From IMG/VR virus record IMGVR_UViG_3300045988_001928, positions 1-11,192 of that record: 11,192 nt of DNA. One strand, 5' to 3'. The DNA is from a virus. Of the stretch, positions 1 through 6,583 are shown one piece after another. A program made the translations under genes and the position numbers. Each line of letters begins with the position of its first letter. Positions within the stretch are counted from its first letter, which is position 1. The notes beneath the pieces are model-generated. The model was not told where the DNA came from, ran no database searches, and saw nothing but the letters and a program-made list of their open reading frames with translations.

Positions 1-57
1 AAGGTACGCTACTGACCCATATTTAACATTTCCCAACGCACATTTAACGGTTGCTAA

Positions 58-86
58 CAGACTTTGGCACGCTTTTTGCTATGGGT
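58..86. repeat. ITR-internal 29-nt direct repeat, copy 1 (cagactttggcacgctttttgctatgggt)
   Basis: Matches 117..145 at 26 of 29 positions with a 59-nt period. Mirrored in the right ITR at 11107..11135. Preceded by tttaacatttc at 22..32. Confidence 0.85.
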
Positions 87-116
87 CGCCCTTACCGTTT
101 TTTTAACATTTCGCAC

Positions 117-145
117 CAGACTTTGGCACGGTTTTTGTTATGCGT
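117..145. repeat. ITR-internal 29-nt direct repeat, copy 2 (cagactttggcacggtttttgttatgcgt)
   Basis: 26 of 29 identical to 58..86. Mirrored at 11048..11076. Preceded by a second tttaacatttc at 102..112. Confidence 0.85.
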
Positions 146-152
146 GTGCGTC

Positions 153-169
153 CGTGAAATTGTTTCACG
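153..169. repeat. Perfect 7-bp-stem palindrome cgtgaaa-ttg-tttcacg inside a left-end-specific 25-nt segment (147..171)
   Basis: The reverse complement of cgtgaaa is tttcacg. The segment has no counterpart next to the right ITR. Confidence 0.8.
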
Positions 170-225
170 TGGAACACAACACCAAGAGTTAAGAAAAGTT
201 AAAACGAAATAATTTGTGCACTTAT

Positions 226-256
226 GCTTGTATGTTAGAAAAATGTTGTATCTTTG
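226..256 (+). promoter_or_regulatory. Candidate left-end early promoter, Bacteroidota type: gCTTG-N18-TATCTTTG
   Basis: TATCTTTG at 249..256 fits the Bacteroides -7 consensus TAnnTTTG. An upstream CTTG lies at 227..230 with an 18-nt spacer. The same architecture occurs on the - strand at 10959..10989. Confidence 0.55.
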
Positions 257-283
257 TAGTGTTCAATTAAACGATTTGAAAAT

Positions 284-496
284 ATGAAAGAGTTACTACA
301 ACATTTCAGAGAGCAACCGAAAGAAGTAATTAAAGAAGTTGCAATGTGTTTAGCGATTTTCACCGTATGTGGGGCAATCTTGCAGGGTTGCAACGTACAA
401 CGTGAAAGCGCAAGCAGCGGCAAAGCAGTGATAATAACAACCGATACAACGTATATCTACCACGGCGGCGCGGTGAAGTTTCCAAAAACAAAATAA
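284..496 (+). CDS. Small hypothetical protein (70 aa), membrane-anchored or secreted; possible lipoprotein
   Basis: First ORF after the candidate promoter. It has a hydrophobic stretch AMCLAIFTVCGAILQG followed by Cys (a lipobox-like LQGC) and a polar C-terminal half. The CAATTAAA leader motif lies 12 nt upstream of the ATG. Confidence 0.5.
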   Translation: MKELLQHFREQPKEVIKEVAMCLAIFTVCGAILQGCNVQRESASSGKAVIITTDTTYIYHGGAVKFPKTK

Positions 497-500
497 CAAT

Positions 501-530
501 AAGTTTAACAATTAAAAGTTTACTACAATG
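501..530 (+). promoter_or_regulatory. 30-nt conserved leader aagtttaacaattaaaagTttactacaATG, copy 1
   Basis: 29 of 30 identical to 752..781. It ends in the start codon of the downstream ORF. Confidence 0.6.
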
Positions 531-740
531 AACGAAAAAAGAAACGCATTTGATGAGTTTAGTTTTGACGCTATGTCGGCGTTGGGTGGCCTTATGGCGT
601 GTAATGAAGTTTGCCGCAATCAACGTGCGGTTATGAAAATAAACCGCTTTCGTGCGTGGCTTATGGACTTGAAGCCGCAAGCCAACCCCGAACTGAACTT
701 GCCTTTTGACGGCGAGCTGCAAGGACAGACAGCCGAATAA
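528..740 (+). CDS. Hypothetical early protein (70 aa)
   Basis: ORF preceded by the conserved 30-nt leader, co-oriented and tightly spaced with its neighbours. No motif recognised. Confidence 0.5.
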   Translation: MNEKRNAFDEFSFDAMSALGGLMACNEVCRNQRAVMKINRFRAWLMDLKPQANPELNLPFDGELQGQTAE

Positions 741-751
741 CAAATAACAAG

Positions 752-781
752 AAGTTTAACAATTAAAAGATTACTACAATG
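752..781 (+). promoter_or_regulatory. 30-nt conserved leader aagtttaacaattaaaagAttactacaATG, copy 2
   Basis: 29 of 30 identical to 501..530. It ends in the start codon of ORF 779..1135. Confidence 0.6.
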
Positions 782-1135
782 AAAAGTTTTGCAAGTAAAT
801 TTAACAAGACCACGTTTGGCATTGACACAACCGATTTTCAGTACACCAGGTTAGCCGATATTTTCAACTCTGAAAATGAGGGCGGCAAAGATGTGATACA
901 CAAAATTAACGGGCTTTATGTCCACAAATCACAATTAGGCGACAGCCCAGTAATTATTGATGAGGAAAACAAACGGTTGGTGAACCTACCAAGCCACACC
1001 GCCGAAACGGTACGTGAAATTCTTACCGATGAGGAGGCGGTACAAACTATCAAAGACGGCAAAGTTGGGTACACGATTTACGAGTATGAGAGCCACGGCA
1101 AGAAGTGTTACTCTATTTCGTTTGTGGACTTGTAA
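779..1135 (+). CDS. Hypothetical early protein (118 aa). It occupies the slot where phi29 encodes its SSB and DNA-binding proteins, upstream of the TP and polymerase genes
   Basis: Clean ORF with the conserved leader. The functional suggestion rests on position only. Confidence 0.6.
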   Translation: MKSFASKFNKTTFGIDTTDFQYTRLADIFNSENEGGKDVIHKINGLYVHKSQLGDSPVIIDEENKRLVNLPSHTAETVREILTDEEAVQTIKDGKVGYTIYEYESHGKKCYSISFVDL

Positions 1136-1154
1136 GAGTTGGGAAAGTTATGTT

Positions 1155-1162
1155 TAACTTTG
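1155..1162 (+). promoter_or_regulatory. Candidate -7 box TAACTTTG for the replication module
   Basis: Fits TAnnTTTG and is followed by TAG, as in the boxes at 249 and 5272. A CTTG lies 22 nt upstream. It overlaps the foot of the 1163..1189 hairpin, so the assignment is uncertain. Confidence 0.35.
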
Positions 1163-1189
1163 TAGGGGTTGCAATGTTTGTAACCCCTA
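1163..1189 (+). terminator. 12-bp hairpin (taggggttgcaa-tgt-ttgtaaccccta) followed by a T-rich tail; possible terminator or attenuator after the early genes
   Basis: Arms pair by hand with one G-T wobble. Downstream sequence is tttaatataat. Confidence 0.4.
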
Positions 1190-1206
1190 TTTAATATAAT
1201 ACCGTT

Positions 1207-1860
1207 ATGGCAAAGTTAGGTTTCAAGATTAAATTTACAAAGTCTGTATTTGGAGCAACCCAACGGGCGAAAATCAAAAAAGAGATATTGCAAGCCGTGG
1301 AAAGCAGTCCCAAATATAGAAAAGAGATTGCTAGGGTTTTCCAAATGGCGAACCGCCGTATTCAGAACATAGAGCAAAGCGGACAACTTTCGCCAGCCGC
1401 GCAAGCGTTAAACAAAGGCGATGTAAAAGGGTTTACCAAGTTTTCAATGAAAGGCGATTGGAACGCCCTAAAAATTGAGTACGGCAAGGCGATTTCGTTT
1501 TTACGCCAGCCGACCAGTACGGCGCAAGGTGCAAGGCAGTACGGGCAACACCTGCAACGTATGTACGACTTAACGCCCGATGAGTATAACCTTATGGCAA
1601 GGAACTTGCAGGGCAAGTTAAACAGCGTTTCGGATAGTGATTTCGTGGAACGGTATTTGATGAGGTACAAAGATTTCACGGGCGAAATGGAGCAAAGCGC
1701 AAGCGATATAAGCACCCAAATAGAAAGTGAAGCGCAAAGCATATCACGGGCAATTGATGCAGAGATAGAAAGGCAGGCAAATGAAGTTGCGGACGCAATG
1801 GAGGATATGCAAAACGATATAGAACGCATATTGAGCAACTTTAATAAGTTTGGCTTATGA
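1207..1860 (+). CDS. Candidate terminal (priming) protein, 217 aa
   Basis: Lies immediately upstream of the protein-primed polymerase, and its stop overlaps the polymerase start (ATGA at 1857..1860), as in the phi29 gene 3 / gene 2 arrangement. The N-terminus is basic and the C-terminal third is acidic and helical. No confident sequence match recalled. Confidence 0.45.
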   Translation: MAKLGFKIKFTKSVFGATQRAKIKKEILQAVESSPKYRKEIARVFQMANRRIQNIEQSGQLSPAAQALNKGDVKGFTKFSMKGDWNALKIEYGKAISFLRQPTSTAQGARQYGQHLQRMYDLTPDEYNLMARNLQGKLNSVSDSDFVERYLMRYKDFTGEMEQSASDISTQIESEAQSISRAIDAEIERQANEVADAMEDMQNDIERILSNFNKFGL

Positions 1861-4067
1861 AAAAAATACCTTTTGAGTTACAAGAAAGAATAAACAGCCC
1901 GACCGAAATAACCGAAATACTGAAAGCCGCCGTAAATGAAAAAAACATTATCGGAAACAGCAAGGGCGAAAGGTTTTACAACATACCGTGTGCCTTTGAT
2001 ATTGAAACAACAAGTTTTTACCGTGATACGGACGGACGGGCGTACACATACGAGCAAGTGCAGCGTATGCAGGACAGCAACGGGCGCAAGGCGAAATTAG
2101 AGAAAGCCGCTATAATGTACGTTTGGCAGTTTGGCATAAACGGATATACGATAATGGGGCGCACGTGGGGCGAGTTTGTTACGATGATGCAGACCGTAAG
2201 CGAGGTTTTGCAGTTATCCGACAAATTGCGCCTTATTGTGTATGTGCATAACCTATCTTATGAATTTCAATTTTTGCGTAAATGGTTTGATTGGCAACGG
2301 GTTTTCTCAATAGACCTACGAAAGCCGATTTACGCTATTACAACGGGAAACATTGAGTTTAGATGTAGTTATTTGCTTTCGGGTTATTCTTTGGCAAAGT
2401 TGGGCGAGCAACTTATGAAATACAAGTGTGCAAAAGCCGTTGGCGATTTGGACTATCATTTAATAAGGCACAGCGAAACGCCGCTAACCGATACTGAAAT
2501 AGGGTATTGCATAAACGATATAAAAGTAGTTATGTGCTATATTCAGGAACGTATAGAGGAAAGCAAAGGAATAACCCACATACCGATAACAAAGACGGGG
2601 TTTGTGCGCAAGTATTGCCGTGCGCACTGTTTGCGTGAAAAGAGCGATTCAGGTAAGACCGTACCGAATTGGGATTATGCGAACCTGATGCAGGAACTAC
2701 AAGTAACGGGTATGAATGAATTTAATATGCTGCAACGTGCATTTGCAGGCGGTTTTACACACGCAAACGCCGAATATACGGACGAGATAATGTGTGACGT
2801 TGATAGTTACGATTTCACCAGCAGTTACCCATATGTAATGATTGCGGAAAAATACCCGATGTCGCAAGGCGTTGCAATTACGGTTAAGAGTACGGCGCAA
2901 TTTGATTTTCTAATATCAAAATATTGTTGCGTGTTCGATATTGAGTTTACTAACATATTTGCCAGCGAAACGCAAGACAACCCGATAAGCGCAAGCAAAT
3001 GTTTTGTTAAGGAAAACCCGTGCGAGAATAACGGGCGTATTGCGGCGGCGAGTAAGATAGCGTTAACGATTACAGATGTGGACTTTCATATTATCAAAAA
3101 CTTTTATACGTGGGAACGTATGCGAGTGGGTGAAATGTACTGTTACAAAAGAGAGTATTTGCCGACCCCGTTTGTTAAGTCTATCCTACATTTGTACGAA
3201 AGCAAGACAAAATTAAAAGGCGTTGAGGGCAAAGAAGCGGAGTACCTAAACAGCAAGGAAATGTTAAACAGTTGTTACGGTATGAGTGTAACAAACCCGT
3301 TGCGTGATGAGTTTACATATAACGGCGAATGGGATATTAACGCAATGTCGCCCGAACAAAAGCAGGAACTACTATATAAGTACAACACCAGCAAAAACCG
3401 TTTCTTGTTTTACCCGTGGGGTATCTTTGTAACCGCATACGCACGGCGCAACCTTTTCACGGGCATACATGAAGCGAAAGACGATTACATATACAGCGAC
3501 ACCGACAGCATTAAGATAATGAACGGCAAGGCGCATGAAGCGTATTTCAAGGCGTATAATATGCAGGTGCAAATGAAATTGCGTGCCGCCTGCAAATATC
3601 ACGGTTTGCCGTTTTCGCTTTGCGAGCCGCAAACGATAAAAGGCATAACAAAGACTTTGGGCGTGTGGGATTTTGAAGGTACATATACGAGGTTTAAGAC
3701 TTTGGGCGCAAAACGCTACATGGTGCAAGAACCGAACGCACTCAAAGCAGGCGGACGGGCATACGATTTCAGTTTAACCGTTTCGGGCGTAAACAAGAAA
3801 GCCGCAATACCGTATCTTATTGAAAAGTACGGCGAAAACGGGATATTCGATGCGTTTACCAATTATTTGGATATACCGCCGCAAGCAACGGGCAAAAACA
3901 TACACACTTACATAGACTACGAGATACAAGGCGAAATAACCGACTACAAAGGCAGCACGGCGCACTACAACGAACGCACTGGCGTACATTTAGAGCCGAC
4001 AGGGTACAGCCTATCTTTGTCGGTTATGTATATAAATTATTTGCGAGGTATCAAATTTAAGGACTAA
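1857..4067 (+). CDS. Family B DNA polymerase, protein-primed type (phi29 gp2-like), 736 aa
   Basis: Exo I is FDIETTS (D48, E50). Exo II is YVHNLSYEF (N132, E136). Exo III is YCINDIKV (Y217, D221). YxGG is FAGGF. Motif A is DFTSSYP (D319). Motif B is KEMLNSCYG (K467). Motif C is YSDTDS (nt 3492..3509). KxY is KRY (K619). Confidence 0.95.
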   Translation: MKKIPFELQERINSPTEITEILKAAVNEKNIIGNSKGERFYNIPCAFDIETTSFYRDTDGRAYTYEQVQRMQDSNGRKAKLEKAAIMYVWQFGINGYTIMGRTWGEFVTMMQTVSEVLQLSDKLRLIVYVHNLSYEFQFLRKWFDWQRVFSIDLRKPIYAITTGNIEFRCSYLLSGYSLAKLGEQLMKYKCAKAVGDLDYHLIRHSETPLTDTEIGYCINDIKVVMCYIQERIEESKGITHIPITKTGFVRKYCRAHCLREKSDSGKTVPNWDYANLMQELQVTGMNEFNMLQRAFAGGFTHANAEYTDEIMCDVDSYDFTSSYPYVMIAEKYPMSQGVAITVKSTAQFDFLISKYCCVFDIEFTNIFASETQDNPISASKCFVKENPCENNGRIAAASKIALTITDVDFHIIKNFYTWERMRVGEMYCYKREYLPTPFVKSILHLYESKTKLKGVEGKEAEYLNSKEMLNSCYGMSVTNPLRDEFTYNGEWDINAMSPEQKQELLYKYNTSKNRFLFYPWGIFVTAYARRNLFTGIHEAKDDYIYSDTDSIKIMNGKAHEAYFKAYNMQVQMKLRAACKYHGLPFSLCEPQTIKGITKTLGVWDFEGTYTRFKTLGAKRYMVQEPNALKAGGRAYDFSLTVSGVNKKAAIPYLIEKYGENGIFDAFTNYLDIPPQATGKNIHTYIDYEIQGEITDYKGSTAHYNERTGVHLEPTGYSLSLSVMYINYLRGIKFKD

Positions 4068-4079
4068 AATAACAAGATT

Positions 4080-5210
4080 ATGACTATAAGAAAGACAAAG
4101 GCAGAAAAGCCGAAATTTTACGACTTGAAAGCGATTTTAAGTAAGAACGCCGATTATAATGTTATCTTTGGCGAACGGTCAAACGGCAAGACTTATGCAG
4201 CCTTAAAATATGGTTTGGAAAACTATATCAAGACGGGAAAGCAAATGGCATATATACGCCGTTGGCGTGAGGATTTACGGGGCAAACGTGCCGAAAGTCT
4301 GTTTGCAAATCACACCGCAAACGGGCTTATTGAGGAACTGACAGAGGGCAAATTTAATGAAGTGTTCTATATGTCTAACAAGTGGTTTTTGTCGTACTAC
4401 GATGCAGAGAAAAACAAGCGGACACCCGACACAACCCCGTTTTGTTACGGGTTTTGCCTTTCAGAGCAGGAACACGAAAAAAGCAGCAGTTACCCGAATG
4501 TTACAACGATTGTGTTTGATGAGTTTCTGACACGGCGGTATTATTTGCCCGATGAGTTTATGTTGTTTATGAACCTTTTAAGCACTATAATACGCCAGCG
4601 CAACGATGTTAAGGTCTTCATGTTGGGGAACACCGTAAACAAGTTTTGCCCGTATTTTACCGAAATGGGGTTGAAGCAAGTGCCGTTTATGGAGCAGGGC
4701 ACGATTGATATATACCGCTTTGGCGAACACGGCGCAATAGTGGCGGTCGAGTATTGCAGCAGCACCATACAACACAAAGCCAGTAACAAGTATTTTTGTT
4801 TCGATAATCAAAACTTGCAGATGATTACTGGCGGTAAATGGGAACTTGCCGTTTATCCGCATTTGCCGTGCAAGTACAAGCCGCAAGACGTGTTGTTTGT
4901 GTATTATATCAAGTTTAACGATGTTGTTTTGCAGGGTAACATTATCCAGGTAGGCAACGAATGTTTTACGTACATACACGCCAAAACAACCCCGATAAAA
5001 GATGAGGAAAACAGCCTTATTTATTCGCTTGAAATGAACGGCAAACCGAACTACAAACGCAAGTTGTTAAGTACAGCGAGTTATGTAGAACAGCAAGTCG
5101 CACGGTTTTTCGCAATAGACAAAGTTTTCTACCAAGACAACGAAATAGGCGAAATTGTGCGCAATTATTTAATTACGAGCGCAAAGACAAACATAGTTTC
5201 GTTGAAATGA
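4080..5210 (+). CDS. DNA encapsidation (packaging) ATPase, phi29 gp16-like, 376 aa
   Basis: Walker A is GERSNGKT (nt 4170..4193). The segment EKSSSYPNVTTIVFDEF parallels recalled phi29 gp16 SEKSNAYPNVSTIVFDEF (Walker B). YIRRW parallels YVRRY. Confidence 0.9.
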   Translation: MTIRKTKAEKPKFYDLKAILSKNADYNVIFGERSNGKTYAALKYGLENYIKTGKQMAYIRRWREDLRGKRAESLFANHTANGLIEELTEGKFNEVFYMSNKWFLSYYDAEKNKRTPDTTPFCYGFCLSEQEHEKSSSYPNVTTIVFDEFLTRRYYLPDEFMLFMNLLSTIIRQRNDVKVFMLGNTVNKFCPYFTEMGLKQVPFMEQGTIDIYRFGEHGAIVAVEYCSSTIQHKASNKYFCFDNQNLQMITGGKWELAVYPHLPCKYKPQDVLFVYYIKFNDVVLQGNIIQVGNECFTYIHAKTTPIKDEENSLIYSLEMNGKPNYKRKLLSTASYVEQQVARFFAIDKVFYQDNEIGEIVRNYLITSAKTNIVSLK

Positions 5211-5220
5211 AAATTACGGG

Positions 5221-5257
5221 CGGTTTGGTGCTGATTTAGTGCCAAACCGACCGTTTT
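5221..5257 (+). terminator. Hairpin cggtttggtgc-tgattta-gtgccaaaccg followed by gaccgtttt; probable terminator after the replication/packaging block
   Basis: 11-bp stem with two G-U pairs when read as RNA. The T-run is separated from the stem by 4 nt. Confidence 0.5.
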
Positions 5258-5271
5258 ACAAATAAAATGTT

Positions 5272-5279
5272 TATCTTTG
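5272..5279 (+). promoter_or_regulatory. Candidate -7 box TATCTTTG for the structural module
   Basis: Identical octamer to the left-end box at 249..256 and followed by a similar TA(A)GT. It sits between a hairpin and the first structural-module ORF. Confidence 0.5.
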
Positions 5280-5304
5280 TAAGTAGTAACTAAATAATAA
5301 CGAT

Positions 5305-5511
5305 ATGGACGCAAATACTATTATTCAGATTGTTTCAAGTTTGGGTTTTCCGATTGTGATGTGTGGGGCGTTGTTTTGGTACATTGTGAAACAAAGGCAG
5401 GCGCACCAAGAAGAGACGGAACACCTAAAAGACACGATTGCGGAAAATACGAAAGTGTTAGCCGAACTTACAACCCTAATTAAAGTTTTGACAGATGAAA
5501 AGGAAAGATAA
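5305..5511 (+). CDS. Small single-pass membrane protein (68 aa), YvrJ-like; holin-like candidate
   Basis: N-terminal hydrophobic segment IIQIVSSLGFPIVMCGALFWYIV followed by a charged helical tail. The GFPIV core recalls the YvrJ small-protein family. It overlaps the connector gene start by 17 nt. Confidence 0.5.
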   Translation: MDANTIIQIVSSLGFPIVMCGALFWYIVKQRQAHQEETEHLKDTIAENTKVLAELTTLIKVLTDEKER

Positions 5512-6583
5512 CATTTACAAGTTGTACCAAGCGCAAATAAGGGATAAGGACACCGCCGTAACCGAATTTATTGCGAACACTTTGGCGAAAACTCAAAGTA
5601 TGTTTGAGTACGAGGGTTTGCCCGAAAGCATACCGCAAAAAGAATTGGAGCGGCTTTTGCAGACAACGGGCAACGCTTTTGTTACCAGCGTGGACGGCGT
5701 TTTGTATGCGCTATCGGGCGGCAAGGGCGGCGAACCCGATGTTTACGGACGGGCAACGCTTTACACCGTGGCGAACCCTGCATTAAAGTTAAACAAAACC
5801 TACGATATACAGAAAGACGGGGTTTTGATTGAGAATGACAGCAACGGCGAAAGCCTTTTGCCGCTGATTGGGCGTTATGCGGTTTTGCATACTGACGGTC
5901 TTATTTCGTTGAACACGGCGAGCATTTTAACCCGTATTACAATGCTGATAAGTGCCAGCGATGATAAGACGAAACAAAGTGCCGATGAGTTTTTGTGCAA
6001 GATACAAGACGGCGAGTTTTCTATTATCGGGGAAAACGCTTTTTTCAAGGGCGTAAATATGCAGACCGCACCGACCACAAACAGCGTGTACATTACGCAA
6101 CTTATTGAACTGATACAGTACTACAAGGCGAGTATGTACAACGAATTAGGGCTAAATGCAAACTACAACATGAAACGGGAACGCCTAAATTTGGGCGAGG
6201 TTAGCATGAATGTAGATGTACTTTTGCCGTATGTGGATAATATGCTAAAAGAAAGACAAAATGCAGTTGAAAAGATTAACGCAATGTTTGACACCGAAAT
6301 TTCGGTTAAACTTGCTTCAAGTTGGGGTTTGGAACGTGATAATTACAACGCTTTGGCGGCTGATTTGGAAACGGCAAAGGAAACCCCCGACCCGACAGAG
6401 GAAACAACTGGAACGGACGGAAACGAACCCGACCCGACAGAGGAAACAACCGAAACGGACGGAAACGACACCGAAACGACCGAAACAGAGGAAACAGAGG
6501 AAACGAAAGAAACGGAAACGGAAACGGACGGTAACGATACCGAAACAGAGGAAACAGACGAAAACAAAGAGGATAAGCAATGA
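5495..6583 (+). CDS. Head-tail connector (portal) protein, phi29 gp10-like, with a ~70-aa acidic repetitive C-terminal extension
   Basis: FEYEGLPESIP parallels recalled gp10 FEWENLPPTIN. DVYGRATLY parallels DVYNQATVF. NANYNMKRERLNLGEV parallels NANLEKKERMVTDEV. RQNAVEKINAMF parallels REEACEKINELY. Confidence 0.9.
   Translation: MKRKDNIYKLYQAQIRDKDTAVTEFIANTLAKTQSMFEYEGLPESIPQKELERLLQTTGNAFVTSVDGVLYALSGGKGGEPDVYGRATLYTVANPALKLNKTYDIQKDGVLIENDSNGESLLPLIGRYAVLHTDGLISLNTASILTRITMLISASDDKTKQSADEFLCKIQDGEFSIIGENAFFKGVNMQTAPTTNSVYITQLIELIQYYKASMYNELGLNANYNMKRERLNLGEVSMNVDVLLPYVDNMLKERQNAVEKINAMFDTEISVKLASSWGLERDNYNALAADLETAKETPDPTEETTGTDGNEPDPTEETTETDGNDTETTETEETEETKETETETDGNDTETEETDENKEDKQ
6386..6469 (+). 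repeat. Two tandem 42-nt in-frame repeats (39 of 42 identical) encoding PDPTEETTGTDGNE and PDPTEETTETDGND
   Basis: Copies at 6386..6427 and 6428..6469. They are followed by degenerate GAAAC(A/G)-type repeats up to the stop codon. Confidence 0.9.

Larger units (their letters stand above)
1..146. repeat. Left inverted terminal repeat (ITR-L), 146 bp, perfect reverse complement of 11047..11192
   Basis: Manual reverse-complementing of the last 146 nt reproduces nt 1..146 exactly. The first mismatch is at 147 versus 11046. The terminus reads 5'-AAGGTA, so the reiterated terminal A is compatible with sliding-back initiation. Confidence 0.97.

Noticed and set aside
147-283. A phi29-style packaging RNA (pRNA) gene in the non-coding stretches next to the ITRs (also 10927..11046)
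   Set aside because: I could not find a convincing multi-helix fold by eye, only short palindromes. The idea is worth a covariance or RNA-seq check but is not supportable from the sequence alone.
360-743. 127-aa ORF on the - strand spanning the first two small + strand genes
   Set aside because: It is antisense to two co-oriented ORFs that have conserved leaders and a promoter. It has no start context or promoter of its own, and its composition looks like a shadow ORF.
1362-1838. 158-aa - strand ORF inside the terminal-protein candidate. Similar antisense ORFs lie at 2018..2224, 2697..2900, 3372..3728, 3774..3989, 4541..4979, 5875..6093, 6834..7043, 7289..7531, 7641..7835, 8080..8421 and 9920..10204
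   Set aside because: All are fully embedded antisense to ORFs with strong motif support or coherent operon structure. They are Cys/Arg/Leu-rich, as is typical of non-coding frames.
5571-5786. + strand alternative-frame ORFs inside the connector, capsid and tail genes (5571..5786, 6801..6983, 7803..8018, 7958..8209, 8655..8846)
   Set aside because: They are embedded out of frame in well-supported genes, Arg-rich and lack start signals. They are most likely spurious.
6386-6469. A possible CRISPR-like or satellite repeat array
   Set aside because: There are only two contiguous 42-nt copies with no spacers. They are in-frame within a coding sequence, and the period is a multiple of three.
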